The notes beneath the pieces are model-generated. The model saw only the letters and a list, made by a program, of their open reading frames with translations, had not been told where the DNA came from and did no database searches. From an uncultured Eubacteriales bacterium (GTDB lineage Bacteria > Bacillota > Clostridia > Oscillospirales > CAG-272), in contig URPL01000007.1 of assembly GCA_900549725.1 (NCBI GenBank), forward strand, positions 6,031 through 70,030: DNA of 64,000 nucleotides, given 5' to 3'. Of the stretch, positions 56,392 to 64,000 are shown piece after piece; positions within the stretch are counted from its first letter, which is position 1, and each line of letters starts with the position of its first letter. The position numbers were made by a program, and so were the translations under genes.

Positions 56392-56480
56392 ACACCGGTT
56401 TTTGCTATTGTGCCCATTCAACTTCAGGGAGCCATTCTCCGTGCCGATTCGGCGCGGGGGACGCATGCAAAGCGGAGTGC

Positions 56481-57722
56481 TTAGCCGATGATTCTGCCCT
56501 GGTCGCTGAGTTTGGTGTTGGTGACTGCCGGCAAAGCGGAGGTGTCATTGGAAACCTTGATGGTGCCGTCGAACATCTTCTTCACAAGTGCCTTATAGTC
56601 ATCCTGCGTGAATTTGCCTTCTGCCCACTGAGTGGATTCATACGGAAGCTGAACATAGTTCTTTTCCACATCTTCGCCGACCAGACCGAGGGTTTCGATC
56701 TTGCCTGCGTATTTTTGCCAGTTGCCGTTGATGATGATATCGGTCAGAGTGTCATAGGTTGCGGGATACAGACCCTTCATGGCGGAGGTGACGGTAGTAC
56801 CTGCGCCGTAGCCATCATCAATGATACCCTGCTGGTCAACATCGACGCCGATGAGCTTGCCGCCGACCTTCTTTGCAGCATCAGCCGCGGAGGTGTAGAT
56901 ACCGCCGCCGCATGCAAAGACGACCTGGGTTCCGTTCTGATACCAGGTATCCATCACAGCCGTGATCGCCGGATCGCCCTGGAACAGACCGCCGTAGACA
57001 TAGTTCATATCAATGGTGATGCCCAGTTCCTTTGCGGCTGCGTCAGCACCCTGAACAAAACCGGAACCGTAGCGGATAACTGCGGGAACTGCCATACCGC
57101 CGAGGAAGCCGAGCTTGGTGTAGCCCAGTTTCACGGCTGCATAACCTGCCATGTAACCCGGGAGCTCTTCCTGGTAGATTGCACTGTAAACATTGCTCAT
57201 GTCAACATAATCTTCCAGCTTCCAGTTGGAAGGGTCATAGTCATACTTTTCGCCCTTTGCGGTAACGCCTGCTTCCAGCAGATCGCCAAGACCCACGTCA
57301 AGCGCCACAAATTTGACATCTTTGTAGTTCGGGGCAGCTTCCACAATAGCGCCTGCGAATGCATAACCCGGCATCACGATGACATTGTAGCCTTCATCGA
57401 TTGCTGCTTCGATCATGCTGACGCGGTCTGCGGTGGTGTTGCCGACGGGCTTGAAATACTTGAAGCCGAGCTTGTACTCCTCACAGAAAGCCTTGCAGGC
57501 TTCATAGGTGGACTGGTTAAACGACTGGTCCGTAATATCGCCGTAGTCGGTAACCATTGCGACCATGTAGCCCTCACCGGGTTTCGGCTCGGAAGAGGAG
57601 TCCTGGGAAGAGGAGCCCTGGCTGCCGGAATCATCCGTGTCGGCATCAGTCGGTTTGCACGCTGCGAGGAACATTGCGCTCATCATCAGCAATGCAAGAA
57701 CAAGAGCAAGAACTTTTTTCAT
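56481..57722 (-). CDS. BMP-family ABC transporter substrate-binding lipoprotein (nucleoside-binding type)
   Basis: Lipobox MFLAAC, a Ser/Asp-rich linker and a BMP/PnrA-like body (MVTDYGDITDQSFNQ..). Confidence 0.85.
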   Translation of the reverse strand: MKKVLALVLALLMMSAMFLAACKPTDADTDDSGSQGSSSQDSSSEPKPGEGYMVAMVTDYGDITDQSFNQSTYEACKAFCEEYKLGFKYFKPVGNTTADRVSMIEAAIDEGYNVIVMPGYAFAGAIVEAAPNYKDVKFVALDVGLGDLLEAGVTAKGEKYDYDPSNWKLEDYVDMSNVYSAIYQEELPGYMAGYAAVKLGYTKLGFLGGMAVPAVIRYGSGFVQGADAAAKELGITIDMNYVYGGLFQGDPAITAVMDTWYQNGTQVVFACGGGIYTSAADAAKKVGGKLIGVDVDQQGIIDDGYGAGTTVTSAMKGLYPATYDTLTDIIINGNWQKYAGKIETLGLVGEDVEKNYVQLPYESTQWAEGKFTQDDYKALVKKMFDGTIKVSNDTSALPAVTNTKLSDQGRIIG

Positions 57723-57773
57723 ACGAAGAAATCCTCCATTCGTTTTTTTTGAGTTACGAACTTGCTAACACTT

Positions 57774-57801
57774 ATTATACCAATTATACGCATTTTGTCA
57801 A
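57774..57801 (-). promoter_or_regulatory. Sigma-A promoter TTGACA-16-TGgTATAAT for the BMP-ABC/pdp/udk unit
   Basis: Read on the minus strand: -35 at 57796..57801 and -10 at 57774..57779, with a TG extension. Confidence 0.55.
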
Positions 57802-57877
57802 CTATTTTTGTAAAAAAACAATATCGGTCGGCAAAACGTTCCTTTTGCGATTGTGTAGTTTGTACAAATACCGGAAA

Positions 57878-58624
57878 TCACTTTTGTTCGGCTCGCACAG
57901 CGACTTCCAGTGCAAGCTCAATCATCTGCGAAAAGCTGCTCTGGCGCGCGTCGGAATCCAGCGCTTCCCCGGTGAAAATGTGGTCGGAAACGGTGCAGAT
58001 CGCAAGCGCGTTTTTTCCGTTGTATGCTGCATTCATATAGAGCGCAGCCGCCTCCATTTCCACGGCGAGCACGCCCATGGAGCGGTAGACCTCATTGGCA
58101 TCGCTGCGGGCATTGTAAAATGCGTCGGAGGACATGAGATTGCCGATATGCGCCGGCAATTTGCGCTCGGTACAAACATCGGCGGCTTCTTTGAGCAGAG
58201 CATAAGAGCAGATCGGCGCATAGGTGCCGGGGTAGTTGAACTGTGCGGCATAGCCCGAATCGGTGCAGGCGCCCATGCCGAGGATAATATCGCGCAGCCG
58301 GACATTCGCGGCAAGCGCCCCGGCGGAGCCGACGCGGATGATATTTTCCACGCCGAAGAAACGATACAGCTCATTGGAATAAATGCCGATGGAGGGCATG
58401 CCCATGCCGCTCGCCATCACGCTGACGGGCACGCCGTGATAGGTGCCGGTGTAGCCCTGCACACCGCGCACGTTGTTGACAAGGTGCGCGTTTCCCAAAA
58501 AGTTTTCCGCAATGAATTTGGAGCGCAGCGGGTCGCCCGGCATTAAAACGGTTTTGGCAAAATCATCGGGGGTTGCCTTGATGTGCGGGGTCGGATACGG
58601 AAGCTTTGTCATTTTCTTGTCCAT
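57878..58624 (-). CDS. deoD: Purine nucleoside phosphorylase DeoD-type
   Basis: Has TPHIKATPDDFAKTVLMPGDPLRSKFIAENFL and GMGMPSIGIYSNEL. The alternative start at ATG 58612 cannot be excluded. Confidence 0.88.
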   Translation of the reverse strand: MDKKMTKLPYPTPHIKATPDDFAKTVLMPGDPLRSKFIAENFLGNAHLVNNVRGVQGYTGTYHGVPVSVMASGMGMPSIGIYSNELYRFFGVENIIRVGSAGALAANVRLRDIILGMGACTDSGYAAQFNYPGTYAPICSYALLKEAADVCTERKLPAHIGNLMSSDAFYNARSDANEVYRSMGVLAVEMEAAALYMNAAYNGKNALAICTVSDHIFTGEALDSDARQSSFSQMIELALEVAVRAEQK

Positions 58625-58651
58625 CCTTTCAAAAATATTCGCTTAGAGCAT

Positions 58652-59311
58652 TCAAGGGTTTTTTTCTTTTTTTGCGATTCCGACGACGCGGCTTGTCCCA
58701 AGGCGCGAGGCGCCCAGCGATAAAAATTCCTCGGCATCGGCAAGAGAGGAGATGCCGCCCGCCGCTTTGATCTTTACATGCGGCTCGACATACTTTGCAA
58801 ACAGGGCAACATCCGCCGGCGTTGCGCCGCCGCCCGCAAAACCGGTTGAGGTTTTGATATAGTCCGCGCCGGAGGCGGAAACGATGCGGCACATGCGGAT
58901 CTTTTCTTCCTCCGTGAGCAGGCATGTCTCGATAATAACCTTGAGCAGCTTGCCGGCGCAGGCGCGTTTGACGGCGCGAATTTCTTCCAGAACCGCCTCG
59001 TCCCGCCCGGCGCGCAGCATGCCGATGTTAATCACCATATCAATCTCATCGGCGCCGTTTGCCACCGCCTGCGCAGCTTCAAAGCATTTGACCTCGGTCG
59101 TCATATAACCGTTTGGAAAGCCGATCACGGTGCAGATGGGAAGCTTGCCGCCGACATAGTCCGCCGCCAAACGGACATAGCAGGGCGGGATGCAGGCGCT
59201 GGCACAGCCGTATTCCATGGCATCGTCCAGCACGGTGCGAATTTCGGCAAAGGTCGCGTCCTGCCGCAACAGGGTGTGGTCAACATGGGACAGAATTTCT
59301 TTGAGCTGCAT
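58652..59311 (-). CDS. deoC: Deoxyribose-phosphate aldolase
   Basis: 219 aa. Has [16 protein letters not shown] and the Schiff-base Lys region YIKTSTGF. Confidence 0.9.
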   Translation of the reverse strand: MQLKEILSHVDHTLLRQDATFAEIRTVLDDAMEYGCASACIPPCYVRLAADYVGGKLPICTVIGFPNGYMTTEVKCFEAAQAVANGADEIDMVINIGMLRAGRDEAVLEEIRAVKRACAGKLLKVIIETCLLTEEEKIRMCRIVSASGADYIKTSTGFAGGGATPADVALFAKYVEPHVKIKAAGGISSLADAEEFLSLGASRLGTSRVVGIAKKEKNP

Positions 59312-59329
59312 AAAACATTCCTCCGTTTT

Positions 59330-59917
59330 TTATTTTTGCGCCTCTTGCGTTGCAATGGCTTTTTGATAACAATGATAGCACATGGCAATATAGCTGTCGT
59401 TTCCGCCGAGAAAGACCTGCGAGCCCTGTGTTACCACCCGTCCCTTTTTGTCAAGGCGCGCATTGACGATCGCTTTTGCGCCGCAGGAGCAAACGGTTTT
59501 GATCTCCGTGACGGAATCCGCAATTTCGAACAGGCGGCGGCTGCCGGGGAACAGCTGCGTGCGGAAGTCCGTGCGCAGCCCGAAGCACAGCACGGGGATA
59601 TTATCGCGGTCCACCAGCGTGCGGAAGGCATCGATCTGCGCAGGGGTGAAGAATTGGCATTCGTCCACAATGATAACATCGGTCTTGTCCGCCCGCGCCG
59701 CATAGGCGCGCAGAATATCCGTTTCCGGCGCGGCGACCCACGCATGTGCCTCAAGGCCGATGCGCGAGCGCACAATGTCCGCGCCGTCGCGGCTGTCAGT
59801 TTGCGGCTTGATCAGCCACACGTGCATCCCGCGTTCTTCATAATTGAATTTGGTAATCAGCGCCTGTGCGGTTTTGGAGCTGCCCATCGCCCCGTATTTG
59901 AAATAAAGCTTTGCCAT
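59330..59917 (-). CDS. tdk: Thymidine kinase
   Basis: Start at MAKLYFKYGAMGSSKTAQAL (P-loop). C-terminal Zn site CSCG..CYHC. Confidence 0.9.
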   Translation of the reverse strand: MAKLYFKYGAMGSSKTAQALITKFNYEERGMHVWLIKPQTDSRDGADIVRSRIGLEAHAWVAAPETDILRAYAARADKTDVIIVDECQFFTPAQIDAFRTLVDRDNIPVLCFGLRTDFRTQLFPGSRRLFEIADSVTEIKTVCSCGAKAIVNARLDKKGRVVTQGSQVFLGGNDSYIAMCYHCYQKAIATQEAQK

Positions 59918-59921
59918 GTCG

Positions 59922-60794
59922 TCAATTCTCCTTTGTCTCCTCAAACTTTGCGTTTTGCATCAGCCAGCGGCAAACGCCGTCCTGCGTGTTCGGGGGGCAG
60001 ATCTCATCGGCGATTTCCCTGAGCTCACCGATCGCATTTTCGACGGCGATGCAATGGTTTGCCGCGGCAAACAGGGGCAGATCGTTTTTATGATCTCCGA
60101 AGGCGGTGATGCGGGTAAACCCGCGGCTTTTTGCCAGGGCAAGTGCGGCGTTGTATTTTGAGGCATGCTCATCGAAAATTTCAAGATATTGAAAACCCGG
60201 ATGATAAATGTCCTCGTAATATTCGAATTTTGTGTGCGGAATTTTGCGGATGCGGTCAATCCACGGATCCAGCGCTTCTTTGGTGTTGGTATAGGTGAAA
60301 TAGACAACTCCGCGCCCGCAAAGCGACGCAAAATCGGACAACGGCGTGAATACTTTCCCGAAGTGTTTTTTACGATGTTCCATATATTCCCGCGCGGCAG
60401 ATGTGTCAATTTCGGTATAATAGGTACTGAGGCGATTGTTTTCCACGGTATGAAAAAAGCCGTGAATCCCGGCATCGCGGCAAAGCGCCGAAATGCCGCG
60501 AAACGCATCGTCCGTAAGATATTGCACCGATTCATACCTCCCTGTGCCGAGGTGATAGAGGCAGCTGCCGTTGAGCAGGATCAGGGGCAGGGAAAAATGC
60601 AGTGCGCGCAGAATCGGCGCCGCGCTTGCGGCGGTGCGCGCCGTTGCGCAGGAGAGCGGAAGCCCGCGGTCGAGCAGCGCATTCAGATGCGTTTGCGTAA
60701 AATCCGAGACGATGCCCTGCGGCGCCAAAAGCGTGCCGTCAAGATCGGTCAGATACAGTGTTTTCTCTTCCGTGAAACTCACCCTTTCCGACAA
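59922..60794 (-). CDS. Cof-type HAD-IIB family hydrolase (sugar/nucleotide phosphatase-like)
   Basis: Motif I LTDLDGTLL and a C-terminal GD.KND motif (FGDHKNDLPLF). Confidence 0.8.
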   Translation of the reverse strand: MSERVSFTEEKTLYLTDLDGTLLAPQGIVSDFTQTHLNALLDRGLPLSCATARTAASAAPILRALHFSLPLILLNGSCLYHLGTGRYESVQYLTDDAFRGISALCRDAGIHGFFHTVENNRLSTYYTEIDTSAAREYMEHRKKHFGKVFTPLSDFASLCGRGVVYFTYTNTKEALDPWIDRIRKIPHTKFEYYEDIYHPGFQYLEIFDEHASKYNAALALAKSRGFTRITAFGDHKNDLPLFAAANHCIAVENAIGELREIADEICPPNTQDGVCRWLMQNAKFEETKEN

Positions 60795-60806
60795 GATTTT
60801 TCCCTG

Positions 60807-62222
60807 TCAAAGAGAATTTACAATTTTACAGAATATATTCCCGCGCTCCTCGAAATTTGCAAAGCAATCAAAGCTTGCGCAGGCGGGGGAGAGCACAACC
60901 GCATCGCCCGCAGCCGCCAAAGCCGCGGCGCGGCGGACCGCTGCCTCAAAATCCGGTTCCGTGCAGCGCGGGACTGCAGCGGCGACGGCGCCGTCCCCCT
61001 CTGCAAGCGCTTTTTCGATCAGAGGCGCGGAAGCTCCCGTGAGCACGACTGCTTTTGCATGCTGAGAAACGGGGCGGCAAAGCGGCTCATAGGAGACCTT
61101 TTTATCATAGCCGCCGAGAATCAGAATTACGTTTTTACCGAATGTGGAAAGCGCGGCGCGGGTGCGCGCGGGAGAGGAATCGATGGAGCTGTTGTAAAAG
61201 AGCACCCCGTCTTTCTTCCGCACAAGCTGCAGCCGATGCGCAACACCGGAAAAGGTATCAATCACGCGCTGCATTTTTTCATGCGGGACGAAATCCTCCG
61301 TCAGGGCGGCGGCGGTCATGATGTTTTCAAGGTTATGCCGCCCGGGAAGCAGAACATGCGCGGTATCCAAAACCGCGCGCTCGCCGAAACGGTCGCGCCG
61401 GATGATGCTGCTTTTGCGCAGAAAATAAACCGCTTTGATATTCGGGGCGCAAAGCTGAGGCTCTTTTTCGGAAGAAAAGAGGATCACCTGCCCGGGCGCC
61501 GTTGATACAAGCGCCGCGGTCTGCGGGTTTTGCGCGTTCAGCACGAGCACATCGCAGGCGCTTTGCCCGAGAAAGATATTTTTCTTGGCATCGATATATT
61601 CCTGCATATCGGTGTGCCAGTTGAGGTGGTTCGGCGTGATATTGGTCAGTGCGGCACGCGCAATGCGCGGGCGCATACCGAAAAGCTGAAAACTGGAAAG
61701 CTCGGCGGCGACAAAATCTTCTTTTGTGATCGCCTCGATCTGCGGGAGCAGCGGCGTGCCGATATTGCCGCCCAAAAAAACGCGGCGCGGCGTGTTTTCC
61801 GCGGCTGCACGCAGGAAAAGAGAGGTCAGGGTCGTTGTGGTGGTTTTTCCGTCGCTGCCGGTCACGGCGAACACGGGGCAGGGGCAAAACCGTAAAAACA
61901 GCTCCATTTCGCTGCTGAGCACGGCGCCGTTATCAACAGCCTTTTGCAGTTGCGGCAGATCGGGGCGGACCCCCGGACTTTTGAGCAGGAGCGACTCGGT
62001 GATATTCTCAAGGTAGTCTTCGCCGAAACGACAGGCAACGTCGCGGGCGCGCAGCTGCCCGATCAGCTCCTTTGCAGCTGCGGGATCGCGGCGGTCCCGC
62101 GCGGTGACACGGGCGCCGTGGCGCAGCAGAAAATCAATGACGGGGCGATTGCTGATGCCGACGCCGATTACACCGACGGAGCGGTTGTTCAAAGAAGCAC
62201 AAAATGCGCGTAAATCTTCCAA
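60807..62222 (-). CDS. murD: UDP-N-acetylmuramoyl-L-alanine--D-glutamate ligase
   Basis: Has GVIGVGISNRP, the P-loop VTGSDGKTTTT and a Mur ligase C-terminal domain. Confidence 0.9.
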   Translation of the reverse strand: MEDLRAFCASLNNRSVGVIGVGISNRPVIDFLLRHGARVTARDRRDPAAAKELIGQLRARDVACRFGEDYLENITESLLLKSPGVRPDLPQLQKAVDNGAVLSSEMELFLRFCPCPVFAVTGSDGKTTTTTLTSLFLRAAAENTPRRVFLGGNIGTPLLPQIEAITKEDFVAAELSSFQLFGMRPRIARAALTNITPNHLNWHTDMQEYIDAKKNIFLGQSACDVLVLNAQNPQTAALVSTAPGQVILFSSEKEPQLCAPNIKAVYFLRKSSIIRRDRFGERAVLDTAHVLLPGRHNLENIMTAAALTEDFVPHEKMQRVIDTFSGVAHRLQLVRKKDGVLFYNSSIDSSPARTRAALSTFGKNVILILGGYDKKVSYEPLCRPVSQHAKAVVLTGASAPLIEKALAEGDGAVAAAVPRCTEPDFEAAVRRAAALAAAGDAVVLSPACASFDCFANFEERGNIFCKIVNSL

Positions 62223-62414
62223 AACGGGTTCTCTCCTTCATTCTGTGTGCCGCGGGCGCGGATTCGGGCGCTGAGCGGGCGAACAACGCGCATGCACGGT
62301 GCATACAATATCATATTAGCACATTTGTCTGCGTTTGTCTACTGCAACTTTTTTCGACAAACGGCGAGCAAAAAACACACGGGCGGAATTTTGATAAAGT
62401 ATGGTGATAAAAAT

Positions 62415-62597
62415 ATGAAGCAAAAAAACGGAAAAGAACTGCCGCGGGCGCTTTCCATGGCGTTCCTTTGCGACCCGAAAGCCTTCACGCGGTTTTTGGC
62501 AATGGATGAGCGCGCGCAAAGTGCCGTCGTCATCCGCGCACAGGATATGGAGAGCGGCAAAGCGCTTCAGGCGTTTGTACACCGCATCGGGCAATAA
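62415..62597 (+). CDS. Hypothetical 60-aa protein (weak call)
   Basis: ATG preceded by GGTGA 7 nt upstream and followed directly by the bidirectional terminator. No family recognised. It could be non-coding. Confidence 0.3.
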   Translation: MKQKNGKELPRALSMAFLCDPKAFTRFLAMDERAQSAVVIRAQDMESGKALQAFVHRIGQ

Positions 62598-62632
62598 AAA
62601 ATCGCCGTCTTTTCGAAAAAGGCGGCGATTTT
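62595..62632. terminator. Bidirectional intrinsic terminator
   Basis: ATCGCCGTCTTTT / AAAAGGCGGCGAT, about 12 bp including one G-U pair, flanked by an A-run and a T-run. Sits between the small ORF and convergent serA. Confidence 0.75.
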
Positions 62633-62648
62633 GAAAAAGCGGTGAATT

Positions 62649-63818
62649 TTATCGAAGAATATTGACGCGGATGATACCGTCGATCGCGCGGAGGCGTTCT
62701 GCCGTATCCTGCGGGATTTCTCCGATGATCTCGACAATGGTGTACGCATACTCTTTTTTGGAGCGGTTGACCATGTTTTCAATGTTGATATTTTCCTGCG
62801 CAAGCACGGCGGTAATCTGCGTGAGCATGGCAGGGATGTTCTTATGGCACAGGCAGATGCGCAGATCTCCGCTGTGCGGCAGGGAAACATCGGGATAATT
62901 GACGCTGTGCGTGATATTGCCCATCTCCAAAAAATCGCGCAGCTCGTTGACCGCCATCACGGCGCAGTTGTCTTCGCTCTCTTCGGTGGAGGCACCGAGG
63001 TGGGGAATTGCGATTAAATTTTTCGCGCCGAGAATTTCTTCGGTGGGGAAATCGGTCACATATTTTGCAATTTTCCCGCTTTCCAGCCCCGCTTTGATAT
63101 CGGCGGCGACGGCAAGATCTGCACGGGAGAAATTCAAAAGGCGCACGCCGTCTTTCATCTTTGCAATGTTGGCGGCGCAAAGCGTGCCTTTGGTTTCCGG
63201 CGTTGCGGGAATGTGCAGCGTGATATAATCACAGCTTGCGAAAATTTCATCCATGGAGGCGGCGCGTCGAATGCTGCGGGAAAGCTTCCAGGCGGATTCC
63301 ACCGTTAAGAATTTATCGTAGCCGACGACCTCCATCCCGAGCGCCACGGCAGCGTTTGCCACCAAAACGCCGATGGCGCCGAGCCCGATCACACCCAGGC
63401 GCTTGCCTGCGATCTCATGCCCGGCAAAGCGGCTTTTGCCCTTTTCCACCTGCTTTGCAACGGTTGCCTCGGGCGTGTCTTTTAAGGTGTTTGCCCAGTT
63501 AATGCCGTCCGTGATATCGCGGGAGGCAAGCATCAGCCCCGCAATGACAAGCTCTTTGACGGCGTTGGCGTTTGCCCCGGGGGTGTTGAATACGACGATG
63601 CCGGCATCGGCGCATTGCTCCAGGGGAATATTGTTGACCCCCGCGCCGGCGCGCGCAATGGCGCGCAGGTTTTCCCCAAGCGGCATATCGTGCATGGAGG
63701 CGGAGCGCACCAATATCGCATCGGGATTTTCAATGCTGTCGCCGACGGCGTATTTGCTGCGGTCGAACAGATCCGTCCCGCATTGTGCAATTTTATTCAG
63801 CAGCAAAATATTGTACAT
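62649..63818 (-). CDS. serA: D-3-phosphoglycerate dehydrogenase with C-terminal ACT domain
   Basis: Start at MYNILLLNKI (AAAGAGGAAA SD). NAD motif GLGAIGVLVA, catalytic HLGASTEE and an ACT-like C-terminus. Confidence 0.88.
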   Translation of the reverse strand: MYNILLLNKIAQCGTDLFDRSKYAVGDSIENPDAILVRSASMHDMPLGENLRAIARAGAGVNNIPLEQCADAGIVVFNTPGANANAVKELVIAGLMLASRDITDGINWANTLKDTPEATVAKQVEKGKSRFAGHEIAGKRLGVIGLGAIGVLVANAAVALGMEVVGYDKFLTVESAWKLSRSIRRAASMDEIFASCDYITLHIPATPETKGTLCAANIAKMKDGVRLLNFSRADLAVAADIKAGLESGKIAKYVTDFPTEEILGAKNLIAIPHLGASTEESEDNCAVMAVNELRDFLEMGNITHSVNYPDVSLPHSGDLRICLCHKNIPAMLTQITAVLAQENINIENMVNRSKKEYAYTIVEIIGEIPQDTAERLRAIDGIIRVNILR

Positions 63819-63849
63819 AGTTTCCTCTTTTCCGACAGTTGCGCGGCGC

Positions 63850-64000
63850 TTATACCTTCGGGTTTTCCGCCGCAAATTTCCGCATGAAGGCGACCAGCGC
63901 CTGCACACCCTCGATCGGCATTGCATTATAAATGGAGGCGCGCATGCCGCCGACGCTGCGGTGCCCCTTGACATTGGCAAGACCGGCTGCCCCTGCCTCT
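63850..64000 (-). CDS. serC: Phosphoserine aminotransferase, C-terminal fragment (gene continues beyond window)
   Basis: My own translation of the minus strand gives ...[43 protein letters not shown], with the stop at 63850..63852. This is a classic SerC C-terminus. It is not in the ORF track because it is shorter than 60 aa within the window. Confidence 0.8.
   Translation of the reverse strand, partial: EAGAAGLANVKGHRSVGGMRASIYNAMPIEGVQALVAFMRKFAAENPKV

Noticed and set aside
57753-57769. CcpA cre site in the importer promoter
   Set aside because: The sequence TGTTAGCAAGTTCGTAAC lacks the central CG-flanked symmetry of the cre consensus. It is kept only as a generic operator candidate in the findings.
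60165-61505. 446-aa ORF on the plus strand
   Set aside because: It is antisense to murD and the HAD gene. The same reasoning applies to 10445..11728 (antisense murA), 7086..8336 (antisense asd), 29237..30505 and 30545..31855 (antisense ileS), 57557..58546 (antisense deoD), 55511..56359 and 56715..57752 (antisense ABC genes), and 36201..37729 (antisense permease/licC-like).
1-64000. CRISPR arrays, IS elements/transposases, integrases, prophage genes, rRNA and tRNA
   Set aside because: I saw no direct-repeat/spacer periodicity and no transposase, integrase or phage-like translations in any frame. The intergenic gaps are too short or lack cloverleaf-like features. By-eye tRNA and ncRNA detection is weak, so tRNAscan-SE and Infernal should be run to confirm.

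Overview
This is a high-GC chromosomal core segment; 60-nt lines I counted by hand gave about 58-67% GC. It looks like a spore-forming, Clostridia-type Firmicute: spoIIR, an SLH-anchored surface protein, an IspH-S1 fusion, and Bacillus-like yggS-sepF-yggT-ylmH-divIVA-ileS synteny. I call 61 protein-coding features. Two are cut by the window edges (GH31 at the left, serC at the right), one is a nonsense-interrupted GNAT gene, and one probably has a frameshifted start. I also call a set of sigma-A-type promoters and intrinsic terminators that I could read directly. I recognised no rRNA, tRNA, CRISPR array, transposase or integrase by eye, and by-eye tRNA detection is weak. Housekeeping content: cmk-plsC-ispH/S1, asd, murA, alr, dapA, queA, miaA, the division-cluster tail, ileS, trkAH, ruvX, murD, serA/serC. 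There is also a co-directional nucleoside-salvage supercluster: HAD-tdk-deoC-deoD, a BMP-type ABC importer, then pdp-udk. The most interesting loci are these. (1) A tightly packed minus-strand operon at 37.9-44.25 kb encodes a ferredoxin-less glycyl-radical activase, an eliminase-type glycyl radical enzyme with an atypical RIHGT glycine loop, an FGGY sugar kinase and an SLH-anchored GH16 glycanase. I cannot match this combination to any characterised GRE system. (2) An AT-rich islet of about 1 kb at 18.2-19.2 kb starts with a perfect consensus promoter. It continues with a roughly 120-nt leader showing terminator/antiterminator alternatives, then a small secreted caspase-fold (His-Cys dyad) protein whose ATG+SD are one frame off from the body. 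(3) An SBP-ATPase-fused-permease ABC importer is followed by a wHTH-LicC-like cytidylyltransferase, suggesting a scavenging and head-group activation module. Many long ORFs in the track are antisense shadows of real genes in this GC-rich DNA and were rejected.
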